Source of the DNA: Campylobacterota bacterium
GTDB taxonomy: Bacteria; Campylobacterota; Campylobacteria; Campylobacterales; Sulfurovaceae
Direction of reading: 5' to 3'
Assembly (NCBI GenBank): GCA_034722955.1
Contig: JAYEOM010000056.1
Location: forward strand, 1 to 14,953
Length of the DNA stretch: 14,953 nucleotides
The notes under the pieces were generated by a model. The model was not told the origin of the DNA. It did not search any database and saw nothing but the letters and a program-made list of their open reading frames with translations. A program made the position numbers and the translations under genes. Shown piece after piece: positions 1 to 7,506 of the stretch (positions are counted from its first letter, which is position 1; every line of letters begins with the position of its first letter).

Positions 1-1
1 T

Positions 2-85
2 AGTTTCAAGAAGCGACTGAAAGGTTATAAAGAGATGGGGTATCGCTATGATGAAAGTGGAAAGAGTGAGAATAGGTTGTTTTGA
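2..85 (+). CDS. 3' end (partial) of a probable DEAD/DEAH-box (SF2) helicase
   Basis: Open frame from the window edge reads SFKKRLKGYKEMGYRYDESGKSENRLF* (TGA 83-85). 'KRLKGYxxMGY' resembles the C-terminus of Res-like SF2 helicases, recalled from memory; only 27 aa are visible. Confidence 0.45.
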   Translation, partial: SFKKRLKGYKEMGYRYDESGKSENRLF

Positions 86-204
86 TAATAATGCTTATCG
101 TAGAGATGTCTCTTGAGTTTTGAGTGTAAATATTTTAGTATTAGTATTCAACTCTAATGAGCAGTGAAAAGATATAAGTAAATAATTTCACTATGAAATA
201 TTTC

Positions 205-233
205 TTCCACTTTTATAAAAATTCAACTATAAT
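205..233 (+). promoter_or_regulatory. Putative sigma70 promoter of the R-M operon
   Basis: TTCCAC (205-210), 17-nt spacer, perfect TATAAT (228-233), 27 nt before the ATG at 261. Confidence 0.5.
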
Positions 234-260
234 AAACTTTGAATAACAAAAAGGTTTCGT

Positions 261-1148
261 ATGCAACAAATGCCAATCATTACCCAGATACCACATACAG
301 AACAAAAAGAGTTTGATAACTTGATTAAAAAGTATCGCCAAAAGTATATTCGTAACTCTAAACTTATTGTAGATAGTGTCTATGAAGAGTCAAATAAGTA
401 TCATCAGAGTATATTGGCACAAAATGTAAGTGGAGCGATTCGTGACTTACGAGAAGAGGTTTGGCAACTATATCTTGAGGATGAAGTGACTTTCAATGCT
501 ATATTGATGAGAGAACTTTATCATAAGCTGGAGACACCTCAAAAAATATTGGATACACTTGTCAATGAAGATATTCTAAACAAAAAGGGAGATGACCTCT
601 CTAGCTCTATCAAAGATATCTGTGGAGAGTATGCGGGGCGAGTTTTTCCCTATGTCTATCGTCTCTCATTGAGCAATACACAATCTAGGCGATCTAGAGC
701 AGGAAGTACTTTTGAATCTATAGTTTACAAAATATATGAGAGCTTGGAGTATAGTTACGATTCACAAAAAAAGGTAGGTAGAAAAACCTTTGATGCTTTG
801 GGATTAGGGAAAAAAGTTGATTCTATCTTGCCTAGTGTGGAGTGTTATGAGAAGAGAAGAAACAAAACTATCATAGGAACTATGAAGACCACACTACGAG
901 AGCGATGGCAAGAGGTAGCTGAAGAGATCGAGAGAACAAAGATACCAGAGATACATCTCTTGACATTAGATGAAGATATCTCACTGAACAAAAGCAGAGA
1001 GATGTCTCAACACAATATTATCATAGTGACATATGATTGGGTAGCTCACAAAAAGGAACTTGCAGGTATGAAAAATATCATCAGCTTCGAAGAGTATCTC
1101 TTTGAGGAGCTACCAACCATACAAGAGTATTGGAGAGCAAATGACTAA
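261..1148 (+). CDS. Type II restriction endonuclease, SsoII/Ecl18kI/EcoRII-C-terminal family (probably CCNGG)
   Basis: Motifs QSRRSRAGSTFE, KKVD and MKTTLRERWQEV are the hallmark PD-(D/E)XK motifs of the CCGG family; adjacent to a C5 methyltransferase. Confidence 0.9.
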   Translation: MQQMPIITQIPHTEQKEFDNLIKKYRQKYIRNSKLIVDSVYEESNKYHQSILAQNVSGAIRDLREEVWQLYLEDEVTFNAILMRELYHKLETPQKILDTLVNEDILNKKGDDLSSSIKDICGEYAGRVFPYVYRLSLSNTQSRRSRAGSTFESIVYKIYESLEYSYDSQKKVGRKTFDALGLGKKVDSILPSVECYEKRRNKTIIGTMKTTLRERWQEVAEEIERTKIPEIHLLTLDEDISLNKSREMSQHNIIIVTYDWVAHKKELAGMKNIISFEEYLFEELPTIQEYWRAND

Positions 1149-2094
1149 ATATATGTCAACATCTACAGACAGCATCAAAATCATTGATCTATTTGCTGGG
1201 ATTGGTGGGATTCGGCTAGGGTTTGAACTCGCATCAAACAAGAAGATAGAGTGTGTCTTTAGCAGTGAGTGGAACAAATACTCTCGACAAACATATCAAG
1301 CCAATTTTGGTTTGGAAGAGATCTATGGAGATATCACAGAGGTAGATGAGAATGAAATACCAGCTCATGATATCTTGTTGGCTGGTTTTCCTTGTCAGCC
1401 ATTTTCTCAGGCAGGACTTAAGAGAGGTTTTGATGATATCAGAGGTACACTCTTTTTTGATATTGCTAGGATATTGGAAGCGAAAAAACCAAAAGCTTTT
1501 TTGTTAGAAAATGTCAAACAACTCAGAGGTCATGACAAAGGAAGAACACTTGAAGTAATCATGCAAACATTGAGAGATATAGGATATACCAATGTAGAGT
1601 ACAATCTTCTCAAAGCTAGGGATTTTGGCTTGCCTCAAAATAGAGAGAGGCTATATATCGTAGGTTTTCTTGATGAAGCAGTAGATTTCTCATTTCCAAA
1701 GCCTCTAGCTCTAGAGACAAGAGTGGGTGATATACTAGATGACGAAATAGCTGAAAAGTATACGATATCAGATAGACTATGGGCAGGTCACCAACGACGC
1801 AAACGAGAGAACAGACTCAAAGGGAAAGGGTTTGGTTATAGTATCTTTACCCATGATTCTCCCTATACGAGTACAATATCTGCGAGATATTATAAAGATG
1901 GGAGCGAAATACTCATAGAACAAGATGGCAAAAACCCTAGAAAGATAACCCCTAGAGAGGCTTCGAGACTCCAGGGATTCCCAGAAGATTTCAAGATACC
2001 AGTCTCTGATACACAAGCATATCAGCAGTTTGGCAACAGTGTTCCTGTGAGTGTGATAGAGGCACTAGCGAAGCAGATGTTGATACATCTATAG
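1141..2094 (+). CDS. dcm: DNA (cytosine-5) methyltransferase, M.SsoII/M.ScrFI-like
   Basis: Motif I DLFAGIGG, motif IV GFPCQPFS, motif VI ENV, motif VIII QNRER, motif X FGNSV. The target-recognition region GFGY...TISARYYKDGSEILI is typical of CCNGG/CCWGG enzymes. Start moved to ATG 1141 (overlaps the endonuclease stop); ATG 1153 is also possible. Confidence 0.93.
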   Translation: MTKYMSTSTDSIKIIDLFAGIGGIRLGFELASNKKIECVFSSEWNKYSRQTYQANFGLEEIYGDITEVDENEIPAHDILLAGFPCQPFSQAGLKRGFDDIRGTLFFDIARILEAKKPKAFLLENVKQLRGHDKGRTLEVIMQTLRDIGYTNVEYNLLKARDFGLPQNRERLYIVGFLDEAVDFSFPKPLALETRVGDILDDEIAEKYTISDRLWAGHQRRKRENRLKGKGFGYSIFTHDSPYTSTISARYYKDGSEILIEQDGKNPRKITPREASRLQGFPEDFKIPVSDTQAYQQFGNSVPVSVIEALAKQMLIHL

Positions 2095-2102
2095 CGGTCA
2101 AA

Positions 2103-3986
2103 ATGCTCAAAAAACAGTTCAGTAAAACATCATTGAAATATTGTCAAGATGTAGAGGTGATAGATGAGTGTTGGCAAGAGATAGAGCAGGGTTATAAGGG
2201 TAGACCTTATCACAATCTCAGACATCTTGACGCTCTCTATAAGGAACTCAAAATAGTTAAAGATGATATAGAGGATTGGGATGCTCTCTTTTATGCTCTC
2301 TGTTATCATGATATAGTCTACGATGTCCAAAGAAGTGACAACGAACTCCAGAGTGCCACTCTAGCTAGAGCAAAACTCAAAAACCTCAACCTCCCACCCA
2401 AGATAATAGAACGCATCTCTCAACACATCATCGCAACAAAAGAACATAGTAAAAGTGAAGATAGTGATAGCAATCTTTTGATAGATGCTGATTTGGCTAT
2501 ATTGGGCAGTGGCGATTATGAGTCATATCTGCAAGGTATCCGAGAAGAGTATGCTTGCTATAGTGATAGAGAGTTCTATGAGGGTCGTAGAGTGGCACTA
2601 GAATACTTTTTAATGCAAAAGCAGATATACAAAAGTGCCTATTTTTTTGATAGATATGAGGAGAAGGCTCGATGGAATTTGGAGAGGGAGTTGCAAAGTA
2701 TAGATATGAAAAAGATTATAAAACAAGAGTTCAAAAAATCTATTTGGCTGGGCATAGGAAGAGCCTACTTCCTCCAACAAGAATATCCAGAGATTAATTT
2801 CTCAAAATACATTCTCTATGCCTCACTCTATAACCAAGCGTATGATACACAATCAGAGGGTGATAGAGCTTGGTATCTATGGCAACTAATCAAGTCATCA
2901 CCTCAAAAAGAGAAATTAATTGACAAAATTTTACTAGCACTTAAAAGAGAAAAAGAAGAAAAAGTTTCTCTCTATCAGCTCTTTTCTCTAGCTAAATATT
3001 TTGTACTTGATGGAAATAAAAAAGCTCATAAGATCATATATGATAGATATAAAAAATCTCTAAAACATGGTTGTATTTGGTGTGGAGAATCTGATATCAT
3101 CGAGTTGGATGGTATTGATGGTGTTTTATTTGTCGCCAAGATCTATGGTAAAGCATATATGAAAGATAGTGGATACTATAATAACTCCTCCTATGATATA
3201 AAAGAGTATCAAGAGAAAAATAGGGATATTAATGTTATAAAAATATTGAAAAAAAAGGCAAAAAAGAGTAAAGACCTCAGATTCTATATCAAGCTATTGA
3301 AAGAGGAAGAAAGTAATAAATATATTAGAAAAACAAACCGATATAGTTACAAAACAGTCAAAAAATATATTAGCAAAGGGAGGATAGTAAATCACTTTAT
3401 AAGCAGACATCTAACTCAAAAAGAGATTAGGAAGTTAGCCAAAGATTTTTTGTATGAAAAAGAGTTAAAGAAAAAGGCTCTCTATTTGAGAGTTTTTTGT
3501 GATAGAAAGTTTCCTTATGGATATAAGATTTTAATGTATCTAGCAAAAAATACAAAAGATAGTAATAATAGACTTTTAGAGTATTCATTGTCTGCCTTAA
3601 AGCTGTTTTCATCATCAAAAATTAGAAAGTTTGCACTTGATAAATTATCTTCAACAGATAAACCTGAATACTATGTACCATTATTGATTCGTAACTATAG
3701 AGATGGTGATGAGATATTGTTAGAACAGATTGTTAGTAGATGTGACAATGAGGATGAGATTCATAATTTAGTCTTTGATTATTTAGAGATATATAGAAAC
3801 AACCAAACACCAAAATATCGTAAAATATTTGAGATATTTTATGAAAATATGAATTGTGGAATACATAGATATGATATATTGGATATCCTTGAAGAACAAG
3901 GGGTTCTCTCAGAGAAATTAAAAAGAGAGATGGAGTTTGACAGTAATGAGGAGGTGAGAAGGTTGTTTCAGGAGATTGAAGCCTAG
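2103..3986 (+). CDS. HD-superfamily metal-dependent phosphohydrolase (COG4339-like, N-terminal ~200 aa) fused to a Lys-rich helical domain of unknown function
   Basis: RPYHNLRH, YHDIVYD, DNE..SA, ATKEH, DADLAILG and IREEY motifs in the first 200 aa. An in-frame ATG at 2706 (MKKIIKQEF...) begins a more AT-rich second part. Confidence 0.75.
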   Translation: MLKKQFSKTSLKYCQDVEVIDECWQEIEQGYKGRPYHNLRHLDALYKELKIVKDDIEDWDALFYALCYHDIVYDVQRSDNELQSATLARAKLKNLNLPPKIIERISQHIIATKEHSKSEDSDSNLLIDADLAILGSGDYESYLQGIREEYACYSDREFYEGRRVALEYFLMQKQIYKSAYFFDRYEEKARWNLERELQSIDMKKIIKQEFKKSIWLGIGRAYFLQQEYPEINFSKYILYASLYNQAYDTQSEGDRAWYLWQLIKSSPQKEKLIDKILLALKREKEEKVSLYQLFSLAKYFVLDGNKKAHKIIYDRYKKSLKHGCIWCGESDIIELDGIDGVLFVAKIYGKAYMKDSGYYNNSSYDIKEYQEKNRDINVIKILKKKAKKSKDLRFYIKLLKEEESNKYIRKTNRYSYKTVKKYISKGRIVNHFISRHLTQKEIRKLAKDFLYEKELKKKALYLRVFCDRKFPYGYKILMYLAKNTKDSNNRLLEYSLSALKLFSSSKIRKFALDKLSSTDKPEYYVPLLIRNYRDGDEILLEQIVSRCDNEDEIHNLVFDYLEIYRNNQTPKYRKIFEIFYENMNCGIHRYDILDILEEQGVLSEKLKREMEFDSNEEVRRLFQEIEA

Positions 3987-4002
3987 CTATCTTACTGAGA
4001 AT

Positions 4003-4031
4003 TTTACAGAAAATATAAAACATGCTATAAT
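4003..4031 (+). promoter_or_regulatory. Sigma70 promoter of the toxin-antitoxin operon
   Basis: TTTACA (4003-4008), 17-nt spacer, TATAAT (4026-4031) with an extended -10 TG; GAGGAG ribosome-binding site before ATG 4064. Confidence 0.75.
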
Positions 4032-4063
4032 CATAATTATTGAAATAAACTTGAGGAGTTTAT

Positions 4064-4270
4064 ATGTCGTTAGATGAGATTAAAATGCTTACTGTATCAG
4101 AGCGAATAGTTTTAGTTGAAGAGATTTGGGACACTATCGAGCAAGAACAAAATAGTTTACTATTGTCTAAAGATGAAAAAGCCATATTAGATGAACGACT
4201 AGCTTCACTTGATAACAGTCCTCAAGATACTCTTTCGTGGGATGAGATAAAAAGAAAACTTAGAAGCTAA
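4064..4270 (+). CDS. Addiction-module antitoxin (TIGR02574-like)
   Basis: 68 aa, acidic, with ERIxLVEEIWD...LDERL...SWDEIK pattern; TAATG stop/start overlap with the downstream toxin. Confidence 0.85.
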   Translation: MSLDEIKMLTVSERIVLVEEIWDTIEQEQNSLLLSKDEKAILDERLASLDNSPQDTLSWDEIKRKLRS

Positions 4271-4566
4271 TGTATCCTATAAGTTTCAAATCAGAGGTAT
4301 ATGATGATGTAAAGACTGCCTATGATTGGTATGAGAAACAATATATTGGATTGGGTGAAGATTTTATCTTGATACTTGAAGATACCTATCAAGAGATTAG
4401 TCAATCACCAAAATTATATCAAAAAATTTATAAATCAGTGAGACGGAAATTGATGCGTAAATTTCCCTATGGGATATTTTTTGTGTTGAAAGAAAATCAA
4501 ATTATTGTCATCGCAATTATGCATACAAAACGAAATCCTATGGATTGGAGCAATCGCATAAAATAA
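4270..4566 (+). CDS. Type II toxin, RelE/ParE family
   Basis: 98 aa with AYDWYE..GLGEDF, RRxLMRKFPYGIFF and IAIMHxKRNP motifs; translationally coupled to the antitoxin. Confidence 0.88.
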   Translation: MYPISFKSEVYDDVKTAYDWYEKQYIGLGEDFILILEDTYQEISQSPKLYQKIYKSVRRKLMRKFPYGIFFVLKENQIIVIAIMHTKRNPMDWSNRIK

Positions 4567-4600
4567 GTTTTGTACACTTCTTTAGGCTCATATTGTGAGC

Positions 4601-6838
4601 TCAATCCACCAACAACTGCCCCACCAAAGCAGCATTGATAGCCCACTCTCTGTCGTATATCTCATCAGCTTCTAGTGGCTCTTCTACTAGTTCTAAGCCT
4701 TGGGCTTGGGCTTTGATCTCTAGCAATGTACCTATACTGAGATTGAGTTTACTCTCTAGTTTTGCTAGGAGTGCTTCTACTCCTGCTGAGTCTAGGTTTT
4801 GGACTCTTTGACCTTGGAAGCTCATCTCTATCCAGACTATCTCTGCCTTTTTGACATCTAGTACACCAAAGACCAAGCCTTTGCTCATGTTTTGGGTGAT
4901 GCGTATCTGATGCTGTACGCAGGATGGATCATAGGCGACACCTGTTCTCTTGGAGATTCTCATCTCATTTGCACTCTCCATCCAGCCTACTACTAAGTTG
5001 GGAGAGAGTTCACCCGATGTGTAGGCATTGGCTGTGAAGCTCACATAGTTGGCTCCAAGTTTGTTCAACATGTTGAGATCTATATCTATATACTCTGCTG
5101 TGCCTACTTTGTGTGGGATACTCTGTATATCACCACTATGTTTACACCCTGATATCTGTAGCCTAGAGTATGAACAGCTCTCGACTCTATGACTATAGGC
5201 TACACTACAGCTCAAATCCATATCGAGATGTTGTGCAGGGAGACCCTTGCCCCACTCCATAAAGAGACGCACCGTAGAGCCCTCCACAGTAAACCGACTC
5301 CCCATCAACGCAGATGGTATATCTTGCACCGTCTCTGATCTATCCCCTATCGCTAGTGGCATCTTGTAGAGCATAGGGTCGATATAGAGTGAGCTGTTTT
5401 CACTCTCTATCTCGCTATATCTTCTACTCATCTCATCCAAAAACAGTTGTTCTACCTCTGTTTGCATCTGCTCCAACTCTCTATCCTCATAGAGTGTAAG
5501 TGTTGCATTGGCTGGTATCTTTTTGTGTACTCCACCTAGTGCTTTGACACTTCGTATTTGTGATTTGTCAAAGTAAAATCCACTATAGATACTCAGCGTA
5601 GCCAAAAGTCTCGCTGGTATTTGAGCACTCACCTCTCTAAACTCTCTGAGTGTTTCACTAGAGCCAAACCAGAGCATCGTCGAGAAGAGAGAGCGAGCGA
5701 AAACACTTGGACGCTCTTTGAGCATCTCAAATACTCTCTCCTGATCCATAGCGTATCTCGCTTGGTTGAGTTCACCTTGCCATACACTATAGCGTTGGTT
5801 ATAAAATGTATCCAAGAGTTTGGCTAACTTCTCAAATCCCTTTCTCTTACTATACTCCGCTAGACGCAATGCACGGATGAACCGCACCCATATCTCTCGT
5901 TTTGGGTGCATGAGTTCACAAGATTTTTGGATATTTAGCTTTAGGTCATTGAGCCACTTGGCTACCATCTTGCACTCTGTGCGACTATATTTGAGTTTGA
6001 GATCTTCTCTATATTGGCTCGATTTATCTGCGATATTACGATCAAAATAGTTATCATTTTTGACTCTTCTCTCTACGATAGTTTTAGGCTCAACAAGTTG
6101 CAGTAAACCAGTTTTTTTGTACCATAGATAACGCAATATATCTTGAGGTGAGCCAAAGAGTCTACTAGCCTCTTGACTCTTCTCACTCGCTATCAGCTCA
6201 TCTATGACGAGCATCAGTGTCTCTTTCATCTCTATAGCCACAGTAGGGAGAGCAAAGTGCCGCATCAATATCTGCAAGCTATCTACCTGTGTAGCGTCCA
6301 ATGCTGTCTTGGAGAGGAGTAGGTCTCTCAAAAGAGCAGAGATATCCTTTTCACTATAGAGTTCTAAGACTATGAGTTTGGAGCCTTGACCGAGATAGAT
6401 CTCATCTGACGCATCAAAAGCCATACCACAATATGGACAGCCATTGTATCGCTCTAGTGGGAATGTCCCTTCAGGGATGAAATCCCCACAAGGTAGAGTC
6501 ACTCCTCTACCGTGTGGTAGGAGGTTGGCTATATATGTCCAGATATGGTCTATACTTGACTCACCTGTAGGCGTATCCCAGCCTCGTACGAGTGGCATCC
6601 AGCTCTTATCCACACCCATCACCTCTTTGAGTCTCTCTAGTATGAGCTTCTTCTGCGTGACTGATATCTGATTGATAGCTTGGAGCAGAGACTCTGAGAA
6701 CCCAAACCCTAGCTTAGCTACATTTGCCACGAGCAGAGAGGTGGTGGTATTTATCTTGTACGACTCAGAGAGTTCTCTCTGGGAGTCTATATAGAGTGCA
6801 TTGTTTCTCAATGTTACTTTGATTAACTCTTTTTTCAT
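4601..6838 (-). CDS. Large protein with degenerate prokaryotic RING-like segment, helical middle region and C-terminal TerD-like domain (MXAN_6230/SCO0854-like family)
   Basis: LPCGDFIPEGTFPLERYNGCPYCG in the N-terminal part; TerD-type motifs RLFMEW, DMDLS, HSGDIQS and AEYIDIDL in the C-terminal part. Family name recalled from memory. Confidence 0.75.
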   Translation of the reverse strand: MKKELIKVTLRNNALYIDSQRELSESYKINTTTSLLVANVAKLGFGFSESLLQAINQISVTQKKLILERLKEVMGVDKSWMPLVRGWDTPTGESSIDHIWTYIANLLPHGRGVTLPCGDFIPEGTFPLERYNGCPYCGMAFDASDEIYLGQGSKLIVLELYSEKDISALLRDLLLSKTALDATQVDSLQILMRHFALPTVAIEMKETLMLVIDELIASEKSQEASRLFGSPQDILRYLWYKKTGLLQLVEPKTIVERRVKNDNYFDRNIADKSSQYREDLKLKYSRTECKMVAKWLNDLKLNIQKSCELMHPKREIWVRFIRALRLAEYSKRKGFEKLAKLLDTFYNQRYSVWQGELNQARYAMDQERVFEMLKERPSVFARSLFSTMLWFGSSETLREFREVSAQIPARLLATLSIYSGFYFDKSQIRSVKALGGVHKKIPANATLTLYEDRELEQMQTEVEQLFLDEMSRRYSEIESENSSLYIDPMLYKMPLAIGDRSETVQDIPSALMGSRFTVEGSTVRLFMEWGKGLPAQHLDMDLSCSVAYSHRVESCSYSRLQISGCKHSGDIQSIPHKVGTAEYIDIDLNMLNKLGANYVSFTANAYTSGELSPNLVVGWMESANEMRISKRTGVAYDPSCVQHQIRITQNMSKGLVFGVLDVKKAEIVWIEMSFQGQRVQNLDSAGVEALLAKLESKLNLSIGTLLEIKAQAQGLELVEEPLEADEIYDREWAINAALVGQLLVD

Positions 6839-6860
6839 TGTAAATCCATTTATATTTTAG

Positions 6861-6937
6861 TCGAGGCAATCAATAGACTTTGTTTTTCAGGGTAGGAAAG
6901 TGCCTTTACGGCAGAAGTAAGTCTATTTTGACCTCGA
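6861..6937 (-). ncRNA. Candidate structured RNA, unit 1 of array
   Basis: Minus strand: TCGA-GGTCAAA-ATAGA-CTTACTTC-TGCCGTAAAGGCA-CTTTCCTACCCTGAAAAACA-AAG-TCTAT-TGATT-GCC-TCGA; the two ends pair. Confidence 0.65.
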
Positions 6938-6941
6938 TAGA

Positions 6942-7014
6942 GATGGAAATCAGAGAACTGCGTTTTAATCCAAATAAAATGCCTCTCGGCAGGAGTAAGT
7001 TCTCTTTGTCCATC
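6942..7014 (-). ncRNA. Candidate structured RNA, unit 2 of array
   Basis: Minus strand: GAT-GGACAAA-GAGAA-CTTACTCC-TGCCGAGAGGCA-TTTTATTTGGATTAAAACGC-AG-TTCTC-TGATT-TCC-ATC; same fold as unit 1 with compensatory changes and a GAGA (GNRA) tetraloop. Confidence 0.65.
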
Positions 7015-7020
7015 GTGTAA

Positions 7021-7336
7021 GGCTAACCCAAGGAGATAAGCATCCAAATAGCTTTATGAGGTTTTTCATAGACAAGGCAATCGTTTGCAGGACTAGCCTT
7101 AGCTAATTGCCCGCAGGAAATGCCCTTGGGGTGCAAAAACGATTAACGCAGTATATGGGAAACCTCATAAAGCCCGTAGGGAAGCCACATAGAGGGCAAT
7201 CTTCACAAAATATAATTCTTGCACCCAAGGGCATTTCCTGCGGGCAATTAGCTTTGGCTAGTCCTACGAATTATATTTTGCAAATCTCACCCTCTCTGTG
7301 GCTTCTATTTTGTGTGCTTATCTCCTTGGGCTAGCC
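7021..7336. mobile_element. 316-bp MITE-like non-autonomous element
   Basis: 22-bp terminal inverted repeats GGCTAACCCAAGGAGATAAGCA (7021-7042) and TGCTTATCTCCTTGGGCTAGCC (7315-7336), 21/22 matching; TAA on both flanks (7018-7020, 7337-7339); no transposase. Confidence 0.8.
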
Positions 7337-7337
7337 T

Positions 7338-7421
7338 AAACAGGGGTAATCATATATCTTCTATTCATGTGTGCGACATGGAGAAGGAGTAAGAAGTAAG
7401 GTATATTTGACCTTTCTGTTT
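7338..7421 (-). ncRNA. Candidate structured RNA, unit 3 of array
   Basis: Minus strand: AAACAGAAA-GGTCAAA-TATAC-CTTACTTC-TTACTCCTTCTCCATGTCGCACACATGAATAG-AAG-ATATA-TGATT-ACC-CCTGTTT; same conserved motifs, different interior, one mismatch in the inner stem. Confidence 0.6.
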
Positions 7422-7506
7422 ATGTGGAATATCTCAAAAGTCCTTAGCACATAGACTCTCAAATCAACAAATATTCCAACTCTTTTATTGTTGATAGGAG
7501 AAATAT

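Noticed and set aside
1102..1140. ORF-track start of the methyltransferase at 1102
   Set aside because: A TTG start deep inside the endonuclease gene; ATG 1141 or 1153 fits translational coupling and family length better.
4586..4600. GCTCA-TATTG-TGAGC hairpin between the toxin and the RING-TerD gene as a terminator
   Set aside because: Only a 5-6 bp stem with no convincing U-tract, and it directly abuts a stop codon.
6850..7047. 65-aa minus-strand ORF
   Set aside because: It starts inside the MITE end and runs across the structured units; no recognisable protein features.
7107..7334. 75-aa ORF inside the MITE
   Set aside because: Non-ATG start, lies wholly in palindromic sequence, and has no transposase motifs.
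6861..7421. CRISPR array, integron attC sites or tRNA genes as an explanation of the repeats
   Set aside because: There are no identical direct repeats and no cas genes; the RYYYAAC/GTTRRRY attC ends and cassette ORFs are missing; there is no TTCRA T-loop or cloverleaf.
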